Assembly: GCA_024346625.1 (NCBI GenBank)
Contig: AP024664.1
Coordinates: forward strand, 4,154,001-4,218,000
DNA: 64,000 nt
Direction of reading: 5' to 3'
From: Williopsis jadinii
Lineage: Eukaryota
The translations under genes and the position numbers were made by a program. Shown in pieces: positions 33,632 to 44,708 of the stretch. Below the pieces are notes generated by a model. That model saw only the letters and a program-made list of their open reading frames with translations, did not search any database and was not told where the DNA came from. Positions within the stretch are counted from its first letter, which is position 1. The number at the start of each line of letters is the position of its first letter.

Positions 33632-34577
33632 TTGAAAATCAATGCACACAGTTTTTATGACTAGTGATTAGTTGTTCGTAGAGTACCGAGTGGCTCGCGT
33701 GAATTGGTGTTGGGATTCGATGTTATTGTTGTCTCGGTTGGCCAGTGCTGAAACGCCGGTGATGGTGTTCAGTGTTATTGTATAAAAGTGCAAAAAAATC
33801 ATAAAACTCATTTAAAAGAACAAAAAAAATACGCTTCTTTTCTTTAAGTATTACTATAGTAGCTCATATTAGCTATTCAGTATGGTGTGTAGAATATGTA
33901 ATGAGTTAAGGATTAAGGCACGCCGTTAGTGTTCTCCTATGGCATTCAGCAGTGGGAGAAATGACAATCATTTCAAGGACTTTAGCCTAGGATCTGCTTA
34001 GTAGTGGGATGTCACATTCTCCACTCATAGTCTGCCAGTAACTAACGGTACGAGCTGGCTGGGCTCTTCTCAATACAAACCAGAGTCTTGAAGTAGCTAT
34101 GCGCTAAAGTTCTTCAGCCTATGTGTCATGTTTAATCCGGACACCAGTCAAATAAGCGTGGAGAGTCCAGTGATGTAACTCTTGGTGCTAAAACAGGCCT
34201 GAGGGTCTGGTACTAAGCGCAATCATGGTTGTAATATTTGTGCAATCATTGAATTCATCTTCAAAAACCGTTATTTCCGTAAAAGGTAAATATATTAAGA
34301 GAATTAATTATAGAATTGTCTAACCAAATTTTCTGAGTAGATAATTCAGAATGGTTACCGGTGAAATAATTGGTTACATAGCAAATTATTTGTCCAAGCA
34401 CCTCTGATAATGTTATTTTTGCTGTTTAGTAACAAAAACGTTTAAATCAAACACTGTAAGACTCATATTACAAAGCTGAACATGGTGTCAATAGCATAAA
34501 GCAGTGATAACAACTCGGAACGACGCACACACCTGGTGCCTACGCCGGCGTAGGCGAGAAAAAAAAAGAAAGCGAAA

Positions 34578-34650
34578 TGCCCCACGTGGGGCTCGAACCC
34601 ACAACCGTACGATTAAGAGTCGTAAGCGCTACCGATTGCGCCAGCGAGGC
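34578..34650 (-). tRNA. tRNA-Lys(CUU), intronless
   Basis: GCCTCGC TG GCGC AATCGGTA GCGC T TACGA CT-CTT-AA TCGTA CGGTT GTGGG TTCGAGC CCCAC GTGGGGC A folds as a cloverleaf; followed by an oligo-T Pol III terminator. Confidence 0.97.
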
Positions 34651-35506
34651 AATTGCTTGAAAACACCAAAATACGCTGTCTGCCTGGTGATGAGTTGGAG
34701 GCACGGATGTGCTGCATTCAACGCAACAGTTGCTATCAAGCACAAGGCCTAGTGCGAGGTATTTAAGCCGGTGAAGACCACCGTTGGATGCTATACTGCT
34801 GGGATAGCCAGGACGGCCATGTGCTCTCCTCCAATGGAATTGTTGTAGTGAAACCAATGTATGATCGGGCTCTCTCTCTCTCCCTCTCTCTCTCAACTGC
34901 TGTGAAATCGGTGTAATTCCACAAAGGGAACACGCACACCCTGCTCCCCATGTAGATGAGATTAGTGGCTAAAAGTGTAACTGACGGCGAAGTCCTCTAC
35001 TAAGCCCTCCTCTAACCCAATCCACATACGAATCCGTACGTAATTAAGGAACTTGCGTCCTCCCAAAACGGGCTGGAAACGGTAGAAGACCTGCTGGAAA
35101 AGGACACCCGGACACAACGTCATTTGACAGCTGAAATTACACCCAAACGGAGCTGCGATCTTGTACCGAAGCCTGATAAACCGACAAACAGATAAAGCCC
35201 ACAAGGCATCGAAGATCCCCCTGCCTGTTCTGCCTGCGCTGCCTGCCTGCATGCTGCCCAAATTGTAAGGTCCAGCAGAGCCGGTGGTGCTGGTGAAGAG
35301 GGACGCAAGCACCTTCCTAATCCGTCCATGATGCGCTGGAGCGGAAATAAGGCCCACAGCTTGGAAGCAGCCTGCTCCACAGCTTGACAGCATTTTACGA
35401 CACGAAGGGTATAAGAATCCACGTTTATGGCCCGTGTGTGGTGTCAAGTGTACACAGAAGACAGCGAGTGATTACTGGAAGCCAGCAGGGATAAGAGCAA
35501 ACGAAG

Positions 35507-36190
35507 ATGACACAGGAGGAGACGCGTTCCATCGAATACTACTACAAGGCACCACCTGGTGTGAATCCACAGTATACGCTTTCACAAGATTGGAGGAAAG
35601 CTGGGGAGATTATCGGCACTGCATTCTACCCGAATAAGTTCAACCAGCTCATCACAGAGCACTGTTCTCTGGAGGAGAACGTCAAGGAGTACCAGGAGAG
35701 AGTCGAGCATGTCATGCAGAACAATACGCTCTGTCTTCAGAGTGATGACTATAGTGCAGTTGCACTATGGACACCACCTGAATGGAGAATCGTTCCATAC
35801 AGCATTGATTTGCATGGCCATTTTGAGTTCTCTGAGGACGAGTTCAAGAGATGTGCCGATAAGTTCTTTGTAAGCTATGGGATCCCGTACTGGCATCTGA
35901 CCCTTGTTGCAAAGAATGTAAATTCGAACACCAAGGGCTCGGTGTCGAAGGTGATGAAGCCAATCCTGGAAGATGCGAAGGAGAGAGGCATCCCAGCCGC
36001 ACTGGAGTGCATCGACGAGAGAGCCAGACAGATATACGAGCACTATGGGTTCAAGACCTACGAAATCATCAAGATTGGTGAAGGTTCTGTAAATTCACTA
36101 GGCGAGGAGCAGGAGGGTGGCGAGGGCTTGACATTGTGGTATATGATTTACAACTACGATGATAAGGAGCACAAGCCTTTGGATGTTTGA
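35507..36190 (+). CDS. GNAT-family N-acetyltransferase (YDR391C/YOR012W-like)
   Basis: AVALWTPP, YWHLTLVAK...KGSVSKV, AALEC....ARQIYEHYGF. Confidence 0.85.
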   Translation: MTQEETRSIEYYYKAPPGVNPQYTLSQDWRKAGEIIGTAFYPNKFNQLITEHCSLEENVKEYQERVEHVMQNNTLCLQSDDYSAVALWTPPEWRIVPYSIDLHGHFEFSEDEFKRCADKFFVSYGIPYWHLTLVAKNVNSNTKGSVSKVMKPILEDAKERGIPAALECIDERARQIYEHYGFKTYEIIKIGEGSVNSLGEEQEGGEGLTLWYMIYNYDDKEHKPLDV

Positions 36191-37106
36191 AGCACTACAT
36201 AACTAGCATTTATATGTGTGGCTCCTGTTGCTGCACCATATATAATCGCATTTCCAATTGAACAATGTTGAGAAGCTGAGGTAGTAGATTGTATATCTAT
36301 GCTTAGAGGCCAGCCGCCCAGAGGCCAGCTGCCCAGAGTAACCGTAGCTACTCTCCCACCAGGCGTATACAGAGCACCTTTGTGCCATATCACTTGACCT
36401 TGTGCGTTACTATGGAGTCTCCATACAAACTAAGCACCTTTGTGTCATCTCCATAGCTCAGCATCGCCATAAACAACGAGGCTAAACTGGTGATGTTTGT
36501 GTTTTGTGTCATATTTGTTGAAGAGAAATATAAAAGAACACCAGGAGGAGAGATTCTCTTCTTCTTCTACCTGCCACTTGTGGATCCTCTTTTCTTCTCT
36601 CCCGCTTCATGGATCCTCTCAAGATGGATGATGAGCACTGGTACGGATGTCCTGATGAGTCCTGGCAATGCTCCATACCAAGCTGTGTCTGCTCATGACG
36701 CCACACAGGTATCTCTTGGGCTGGTCCTCATTAGTTTGGACAGAGACTATTGGGGCCTTTCCGCGGATCACTGTTGTCGTCGTTGGTGGTCACTGCAGCT
36801 TGGTGATACTGACTGGTGTGTATCATTATGGAGCATGTGGAGACTGCACAAGGATACCTGGGGTGTGTTTGTTCCAATGATGCTGGGTTGGTGTTGGTGG
36901 AGGACACCGATGTTGTTCCACATTGCCTTGGCCACTGGCGTCGATACCGACCTCACAAGTATGCCACCCTAGCTTTGGACAGGTGTGGTGATGGCATGCT
37001 AGTGAGATCGAGATTGAAACCAGTGATTGAGGGAGCGTGGAACAACATCAGTCTTGACAAAAGCGCCAGGTGAGCTTGGTCACTGATGCTTTTGGATGTT
37101 TGTGCA

Positions 37107-38834
37107 TAGTGCCGTGTGTCCTGACTCTGGTGAGATGCCCATTTGGATTGGTAACTAGTTGAGCAAGGAAGATGGCTTGGAACTGAGACTTGGTCCCTCT
37201 CTGTTGTATGATCACTTTCTGAGCTCCTCTAAGACCATGACAAAATGGTGTCAGTGTACGACAGTGCTGTATGTCCTGACTCTGGTGAGAGAGACTGGTG
37301 AGAGAGACTGGTGAGAGAGACTGGTGAGATGTCCATTTGGATTGGTAACTAGTTGAGCAAGGAAGATGACTTGCAACTGAGACTTCGTCCCTCTCTGTTG
37401 TATGATCACTCTCTGAGCTCCTCTAAGACCATGACAAAATGGTGTCAGTGTACGACAGTGCTGTATGTCCTGACTCTGGTGAGATGTCCATTTGGATTGG
37501 TGATTAGTTGAGCAAGGAAGATGGCTTGTAACTGAGAGTTGGTCCCTCTCTGTTGTATGATCACCTTCTGAGCTCCTCTAAGACCATGACAAAATGGTGT
37601 CAGTGTACGACAGTGCTGTGTGTCCTGACTCTGGTGAGATGTCCATTTGGATTGGTGATTAGTTGAGCAAGGAAGATGACTTGCAACTGAGACTTCGTCC
37701 CTCTCTGTTGTATGATCACTCTCTGAGCTCCTCTAAGATCATGACAAAATGGTGTCAGTGTACGACAATGCGGCATGTCCTGACTCTGGTGAGTGAGACT
37801 GGTGAGTGAGACTGGTGAGTGAGACTGGTGAGTGAGACTGGTGAGAGAGACTGGTGAGATGTCCATTTGGATTGGTGATTAGTTGAGCAAGGAAGATGAC
37901 TTGCAACTGAGACTTCGTCCCTCTCTGTTGTATGATCACTCTCTGAGCTCCTCTAAGACCATGACAAATTGGTGTCAGTGTACGACAGTGCTGAATGTCC
38001 TGACTCTGGTGAGAGAGACTGGTGAGATGTCCATTTGGATTGGTGATTAGTTGAGCAAGGAAGATGGCTTGCAACTGAGACTTGGTCCCTCTCTGTTGTA
38101 TGATCACCTTCTGAGCTCCTCTAAGACCATGACAAAATGGTGTCAGTGTACGACAGTGCTGTGTGTCCTGACTCTGGTGAGAGAGACTGGTGAGATGTCC
38201 ATTTGGATTGGTGATTAGTTGAGCAAGGAAGATGGCTTGTAACTGAGACTTGGTCCCTCTCTGTTGTATGATCACTCTCTGAGCTCCTCTAAGACCATGA
38301 CAAATTGGTGTCAGTGTACGACAGTGCTGAATGTCCTGACTCTGGTGAGAGAGACTGGTGAGATGTCCATTTGGATTGGTGATTAGTTGAGCAAGGAAGA
38401 TGACTTGCAACTGAGACTTCGTCCCTCTCTGTTGTATGATCACCTTCTGAGCTCCTCTAAGACCATGACAAAATGGTGTCAGTGTACGACAGTGCTGTGT
38501 GTCCTGACTCTGGTGAGAGAGACTGGTGAGATGTCCATTTGGATTGGTGATTAGTTGAGCAAGGAAGATGGCTTGTAACTGAGAGTTGGTCCCTCTCTGT
38601 TGTATGATCACTTTCTGAGCTCCTCTAAGACCATGACAAAATGGCGTCAGTGTACGACAGTGCTGTGTGTCCTGACTCTGGTGAGAGAGACTGGTGAGAG
38701 AGACTGGTGAGCTGTCCATTTGGATTGGTGATTAGTTGAGCAAGGAAGATGGCTTGTAACTGAGACTTGGTCCCTCTCTGTTGTATGATCACTCTCTGAG
38801 CTCCTCTAAGACCATGACAAAATGGTGCCAGTGT
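37107..38834. repeat. Minisatellite: 10 copies of a 155-bp unit with 0-5 extra nested 13-bp subrepeats
   Basis: Anchor GYCCATTTGGATTGG at 37137, 37331, 37486, 37641, 37861, 38029, 38197, 38365, 38533, 38714. Spacings are 194, 155, 155, 220, 168, 168, 168, 168, 181, i.e. 155+13n. Confidence 0.97.
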
Positions 38835-39300
38835 GCAACTGAGGATACATGTATGGTTTCAATGTCATCTAAGAAGGCACAATGAATCCCCCATGTGTTG
38901 TTTCAGTTGACCTTGCCCCATACAATGTCTCTCACACTGACGATGGCTCTGAGCTGGAAACTTTTGGGTGTTGTGTGTTGGGATGATTGAGCTCAGGCAG
39001 ATGGGTTGAAGTGTGCGATATGGCAACCTGGATGACTGGTACATGCAAGGTGTTGATTCAACATTAAAAAAGCTTGGACAGAGGCTTGTTTGATCTGGAT
39101 TGATACTTTGCCATGTACAGTATTGTTTGCTATATCGACAATTCAATTACTAGAAGTCCACGCAGAAGATTCCCATCAGGCCATTTTATATATTGTTAGA
39201 AGTTTTTAGAGTGTATAGTTCGAGCCGTCTGGAGGGATTACATACAGATGCAGTTGTATGGTATCCACCAGATTGGTTTACTATGTTGTAGTTCAGGCCA

Positions 39301-39554
39301 CTAGTTACTGGTTGCTGGTCAGTGGCTACTGACCACTGGCTACTGACCACTGGCTACTGACCACTGGCTACTGACCACTGGCTACTGACCACTGGCTACT
39401 GACCACTGGCTACTGACCACTGGCTACTGACCACTGGCTACTGACCACTGGCTACTGACCACTGGCTACTGGCTACTGGCTACTGGCTACTGGCTACTGG
39501 CTACCGATCTCTAGCCACCGACCACCGACCAGCAACCAGCAACCAGTAACCAGC
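39301..39554. repeat. Heptamer-based repeat: (GACCACTGGCTACT)x10 + (GGCTACT)x4, bounded by imperfect inverted arms
   Basis: 14-bp unit at 39331-39470. The reverse complement of left arm 39301-39328 matches 39512-39553. Confidence 0.92.
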
Positions 39555-39757
39555 GGTAGCGGCTGGTGGTGGCAGAAGCACAAAGTGCACAGCGGTTAGG
39601 TGCCCTGTTTTGAATACCCGGATGTCCCACCTACCCCCTCGAAACTTGGATGAAAACCCATCATCACAACATATCATCTACAGCTACATGTGCTCAGTCT
39701 ACGTTTCCACCATCCGACTCCAACTGCAACGGTCTCACAGGCTCTTCCATAGAAGAG

Positions 39758-42346
39758 ATGAATGTATTCAACGAATCAGATGGCGGTGTTGATCTCCGGC
39801 GTCCCACTGCGCGTGTGGCCAAAGTCCAGCTGGCCGTGGCTTCCCTGCTAGGAGTTTTCGCTTTCCTGTGTTTCTGCGTGCTGAGGAACACATGGTCGAA
39901 GCTGTATGCGTCGAGATTTGCCAGGAGGAAAGGGCTGCCAGAGCTCCCGACAAAGGCTCTGTTCGCGTGGGTGCCCGTTGTGTGGAAGATTGATCAGAGC
40001 GATGTTCTCGAGTATGCCGGCTTGGACGCGTTTGTGTTCTTGAACGTGTTCAGGTTCGCCATAAAGCTGCTGACCATCATGGGTGTGCTGGCCACACTGG
40101 TGATCTCCCCTGTGAGGTACCACTTCACGGGCCGTTATGACGAAGGTGACGATAAGGCGTTGAACTTTGTATCAGGGTGGATGAAGAAATCGTCCAAGGA
40201 CAAGCCATATCTATGGGTGTACGTTGGGTTCACGTACGTCTTCACCTATTTGACGTTGACTTTGCTGATCAGACAGACGAAGTACGTTGTCAAGGTGAGA
40301 CAGGAGTATCTTGGGAAGCAGAACTCGATCACTGATCGAACGATACGGCTTTCAGGCATACCACCTGAGCTCCGGGACGAGAAGAAGCTCAAGAGACATA
40401 TTGAGGATTTGAACATTGGGAAAGTGTCCTCCATCACGATATGTCGGGAGTGGAAGCCCCTGAATAAGCTGTTCAAGCAACGTAAGGCCGTTCTCTACGC
40501 ACTGGAGGAGAAATGGGCAGAGTATCTTGGCCCGTTCTCCTTCAGCAACACGAAGCAGAATATACCTGTGAGGAGGGTGCGTGAGTCCTTTAGACTACAG
40601 AGGAGTGGACAGTTCCGTGATGATGAGGATCACAGTGATGAGGATCACAGTGATGGTGATCACACTGATGACCAAGAGGAGGAAGCGGACGTTACGCACG
40701 ACACCTCGACAGAATCGCTTATCGATGACGATTACAGATCAATCCAGGAATACTCCAACAGAACAGCTTCTGGCCAAGTGCACATATCAGAGCAGCCTTA
40801 TAACCATGTTAGACCAACGTTGAAGACTGGGTTCTTGGGACTATTCGGCAAAACAGAGGATGCGATAGACTACTACACGAACCAACTGGAAGTTCTCGAT
40901 GAGGAGATCTTGAGGGCAAGACAAAGACATTACCCAGCAACGCCAACGGCCTTCATCACGATGGACACTGCTGCTTCTGCACAGATGGCTGCACAGGCAG
41001 TGCTTGATCCCAAGGTCCATCATCTGATCACAAGGCTGGCACCTGCACCTCACGACATCATCTGGGATAACATTGTCCTATCACGTAAAGAGAGGTTATT
41101 CAAATTGTACTCAATCACAGTCATCATTGGCATCATCAGCGTTACATTGATTGTTCCTGTTGGTTATCTGGCAACGTTGCTTAACCCGAAGACCATAAGG
41201 GAGTTCTGGCCATGGCTGGCAGACTTCCTGGAGCAGAATGAATGGGCAAGAAACACAGTTTCAGGTTTGCTTCCAACATATTTGTTCACCTTGCTCAACT
41301 TTGCTATTCCCTTCTTGTACGTTTGGCTCTCCTCTAAACAGGGGTTCATTTCGCATGGCGATGAAGAACTGTCTGCAGTTTCTAAGAACTTCTTCTATAT
41401 CTTTGTCAATTTGTTTCTTGTTTTCACCACTGCCGGTACAGCATCTAATTACTGGGGGTTCTTAAGTGACACTACACAGATTGCATATCAGTTGGCTCGG
41501 TCGCTTAACGAGCTCTCGCTCTTTTACGTTGATTTGATAGTGTTCCAAGGCTTGGGCATGTTCCCCTTCAAACTGTTACTGATTGGTTCTTTATTGAGGT
41601 TTCCCTTCATTAGAACTGGCTGTAAGACTCCAAGGGACTATAGAAATCTTTACAAACCACCAATCTTCAATTTTGGATTACATCTACCGCAGCCGATCCT
41701 GATATTGATCATCACGATCATTTACTCCGTGTTCTCTGCAAAGATTGTCATCTCAGGGCTGTTGTACTTCATCATTGGCTATAACGTCTACAAGTACCAG
41801 CTGATGTACTCGGTTGTCCATCCACCTCATTCCACTGGTCAGGTATGGCCCATTTTCTTTAGACGTATCATTGTTGGGTTGCTACTATTCCAATTGACCA
41901 TGACCGGTACGCTGGCCACTTATCACGACGGTTATATTTTGGCGATGACTTTGATTCCATTACCACTGGCAACCATTGGTGTTTTACTCAATTTCCAGAA
42001 GCATTACCTACCGTTATCCTTCTTTATTGCTCTTCGTGCGTTTTACAACGCCAGAGAGGAGGAACGCTGTATTGCCAACGCTGAAGAGACCATTGGTGAT
42101 GGAGCATTCACACCGGTACACGAGAGACACAGCTCAACTGAATCCACGGATGTCTTGACAACCCCAGTGCAACGCATTCGTTCCCGTACTGTTGATGAGA
42201 CCAGAGAACAAAACTTGACGTATGCATACCCATATTTGATCCAACCTTTAGATGGCCCGTGGATTGCACTGGAAGGTGATGATGTTGTCGTTGCCAACAG
42301 CGAAGGAACAGTACGGAAGAAGATCACGCTTATGGAATGGGAATGA
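39758..42346 (+). CDS. CSC1: Calcium-permeable stress-gated cation channel (CSC1/OSCA/TMEM63 family); frame is open from 39650
   Basis: RPTARVAKVQL...KLYASR, LEYAGLDAFVFL, QNSITDRTIRLSGIP, LAPAPHDIIWDN; many transmembrane helices; syntenic with VPS34. Confidence 0.92.
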   Translation: MNVFNESDGGVDLRRPTARVAKVQLAVASLLGVFAFLCFCVLRNTWSKLYASRFARRKGLPELPTKALFAWVPVVWKIDQSDVLEYAGLDAFVFLNVFRFAIKLLTIMGVLATLVISPVRYHFTGRYDEGDDKALNFVSGWMKKSSKDKPYLWVYVGFTYVFTYLTLTLLIRQTKYVVKVRQEYLGKQNSITDRTIRLSGIPPELRDEKKLKRHIEDLNIGKVSSITICREWKPLNKLFKQRKAVLYALEEKWAEYLGPFSFSNTKQNIPVRRVRESFRLQRSGQFRDDEDHSDEDHSDGDHTDDQEEEADVTHDTSTESLIDDDYRSIQEYSNRTASGQVHISEQPYNHVRPTLKTGFLGLFGKTEDAIDYYTNQLEVLDEEILRARQRHYPATPTAFITMDTAASAQMAAQAVLDPKVHHLITRLAPAPHDIIWDNIVLSRKERLFKLYSITVIIGIISVTLIVPVGYLATLLNPKTIREFWPWLADFLEQNEWARNTVSGLLPTYLFTLLNFAIPFLYVWLSSKQGFISHGDEELSAVSKNFFYIFVNLFLVFTTAGTASNYWGFLSDTTQIAYQLARSLNELSLFYVDLIVFQGLGMFPFKLLLIGSLLRFPFIRTGCKTPRDYRNLYKPPIFNFGLHLPQPILILIITIIYSVFSAKIVISGLLYFIIGYNVYKYQLMYSVVHPPHSTGQVWPIFFRRIIVGLLLFQLTMTGTLATYHDGYILAMTLIPLPLATIGVLLNFQKHYLPLSFFIALRAFYNAREEERCIANAEETIGDGAFTPVHERHSSTESTDVLTTPVQRIRSRTVDETREQNLTYAYPYLIQPLDGPWIALEGDDVVVANSEGTVRKKITLMEWE

Positions 42347-42513
42347 TTGAACTGCACCACCTCATCTTGCAATACGAACGACTCTTTAACGATTTACAAC
42401 ACCTGCTCAGGTGATTGTAGTATGTATAAGTGGTTTAATGGTACATTATTTACATGGCTAGCTATCATCACAATGAACTCGTTAAATAATCAGGAGAGGG
42501 TTGGAGGGAGCAT

Positions 42514-44520
42514 TCAATCAAACTTGAACTTGCCTCTTCTGTCGGATCTGAACCCATCTCCTCGGTCATGGCTTGTTTTATCTCCTCTACTACCTCTGTA
42601 GTCTCTGTTGCTTCCTCTGTAGTCTCTGTTTCCACCTCTGTGGTCTCTGTTTCCACCTCTATCACTGCCTCTGTAGCCTCCTCTGTCACCACCACGGTCG
42701 TTACCTCTGTAGCCTCTTCTATCACCATAACCTCTATCAGAGGATTCCCTTCTCTTTGGTTTTTCATCTTGGAAGTCGTTGGCACTTGATCCCAGGTCAA
42801 AGAACTTATTGGAGTCTCTTCTGTTCAAATGAAGAACTCTCTGAGCAAAACTAGCAGTGACATGTGGCTTCTTGTCAGCATCCTGGAAGAACTTCCCATA
42901 AGCAGTGGTATAATCCTCCAAAATATCATACATGTTGAGTCGATAGACGTTTGAGATACCCTTGGAGAAGCCAGCGAGGGACTCAATGACGAGATCCAGG
43001 GAATACTTGTGTCTTGCAGCCTTGGAAGCGTTTGCAATCTCACTCTCCAGCTCTTCGTCCTTTTCATACTCGAACTTGGAGGCAATGTTGATGTTTCTCT
43101 TCTTCAACACCCTCAAGAACTTGGACTCGGCATCAGACAAGATCATCACCGCAGAGCCATCCTTACCACCTCTTGCGGTTCTTCCGACCCTGTGGACGTA
43201 GTTAGTCTCGTCCATTGGTAGTCCAATCTGTACAACATTCGTGACATTTGGGAAGTCCATACCACGAGCACCAACGTCGGAACAGACAAGAACACCATTG
43301 AAGCCTTTACGGAATTCCCTAACTGCTCTATCTCTTGATGCCTGCGCCAATTGACCATGGAGCTGGTTCACTGGGCTCCGGATCTTTTGGAATTTGAATC
43401 TGGTGTACAGCAGCTCGTAGAAGTAGCTCACAGCTTTCACCGTTGGCAGGAACACAATGCCCTTGAACTTTCTGTTGGCTTTCGCTTCACTCTCGATGAA
43501 TGTGATGGCAGAGGTGTACGATTCAAAGATGTCATTTGTCAATATCAACGACTGGTTGATCTTTTCATGGGTATCAGCTGCATTGGGATCCACAGTGTCG
43601 ATGTAGTGGAACTCAGGTCTCAGAATACGCTTTGAGAACTCCTGGACATCCTTGTCCCACGTGGCAGAGTATAGCATAGTCTTGAACTGATGCTTGTCAT
43701 CAACCAGGTTGTCCTTCAGAGTATCAGAGATCTCAACAAGGTCCTCCTTGAAACCCTCACCTAACAGTCGATCGGCTTCATCCAGCACCAATGCCTTGAT
43801 ATGGCCAAATGCACCCAACACTTCAGGCTCTTTCAGAAGATCTAACAATCTTCCAGGAGTTGAAACCACGATAGAAGGATGAGGGTCTCTTGAGGTGAAC
43901 GCACGCACTTGTTTCCATCTACTTTCACCACCAACCACTGTTTGCACGCTCAACAGGTTCTTCGTGTGCCGGACCATCTCCTTATAACGGACAATCTTGT
44001 TCAGCTCATCTCTGATCTGGAAGGCCAAGTCCCTAGTTGGTGCGACGACGATGCCCACGACCCTTTGGTCTCTTGAGTTACCGATTCTCAATGCCTTTTC
44101 AATCAAGGGTATACCGAATGCCAGTGTCTTCCCGGTTCCGGTCTTTGCCTTCGTTATGAAATCGGCATCTTTTGTCAAGACTGGGTGTATTGACTTCTCT
44201 TGAACGGGAGTGAGCTTGTGGAAGCCCAGGTGGGAGAGAGCACTGTGGACGGGCTTTTGGATGATTCCTGTACTGTGTAGGTGATGGATAGAGCCATGAT
44301 CAGCTGTTGCTGGCGTCTTAGTCTCAGTATTGGCTTCAGTCTTAGTCGCAGTCGTAGCCTTAGTCTTATCATCAGTCGTAGTCGCAGTCGTAGCCTCAGT
44401 CTTAGCCTCAGTCTTAGTCTCACCAGCAGCAGACGACAAGTATCTTTGGGACAACTTCACAGTTACCGACGATACGGACAAACGGCCCGAAAACACGGCA
44501 CTTCTCACGTTCTTTAACAT
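42514..44520 (-). CDS. MSS116: Mitochondrial DEAD-box RNA helicase
   Basis: Presequence, AKTGTGKT, PTRDLA, DEAD, SAT, ARGMDFP, HRVGRTAR, and a basic RG-repeat tail. Confidence 0.93.
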   Translation of the reverse strand: MLKNVRSAVFSGRLSVSSVTVKLSQRYLSSAAGETKTEAKTEATTATTTDDKTKATTATKTEANTETKTPATADHGSIHHLHSTGIIQKPVHSALSHLGFHKLTPVQEKSIHPVLTKDADFITKAKTGTGKTLAFGIPLIEKALRIGNSRDQRVVGIVVAPTRDLAFQIRDELNKIVRYKEMVRHTKNLLSVQTVVGGESRWKQVRAFTSRDPHPSIVVSTPGRLLDLLKEPEVLGAFGHIKALVLDEADRLLGEGFKEDLVEISDTLKDNLVDDKHQFKTMLYSATWDKDVQEFSKRILRPEFHYIDTVDPNAADTHEKINQSLILTNDIFESYTSAITFIESEAKANRKFKGIVFLPTVKAVSYFYELLYTRFKFQKIRSPVNQLHGQLAQASRDRAVREFRKGFNGVLVCSDVGARGMDFPNVTNVVQIGLPMDETNYVHRVGRTARGGKDGSAVMILSDAESKFLRVLKKRNINIASKFEYEKDEELESEIANASKAARHKYSLDLVIESLAGFSKGISNVYRLNMYDILEDYTTAYGKFFQDADKKPHVTASFAQRVLHLNRRDSNKFFDLGSSANDFQDEKPKRRESSDRGYGDRRGYRGNDRGGDRGGYRGSDRGGNRDHRGGNRDYRGSNRDYRGSRGDKTSHDRGDGFRSDRRGKFKFD

Positions 44521-44708
44521 GATTCACAAGGGTTATCACTGTATTTGGAAGCGTGAAAGAGTGGTAATGCGTGAATTGGTGATGGCGATGAGGTATTAAT
44601 CACAGCGTTTTTTAATACTCTTCTCGAAAAATTTTCACTTTACACTGTGGTCCACACCTATTATCACCGTACGACAGAGAGAGGGATTAGTACTGAGCGA
44701 GAAACAGT

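Noticed and set aside
33632..35000. Solo LTR next to the tRNA
   Set aside because: No TG...CA bounded segment with target-site duplication, or second copy, could be identified.
37739..38719. 326-aa minus-strand ORF as a real gene
   Set aside because: It is open only because consecutive units are 168 bp. It has no unique N- or C-terminus, and the frame breaks in 155/181/194/220-bp units.
37107..38834. CRISPR array or hammerhead retrozyme
   Set aside because: There are no unique spacers (entire units repeat) and the host is eukaryotic. CTGGTGAG resembles CUGAUGAG, but I found no CTGANGA plus GAAA core on either strand.
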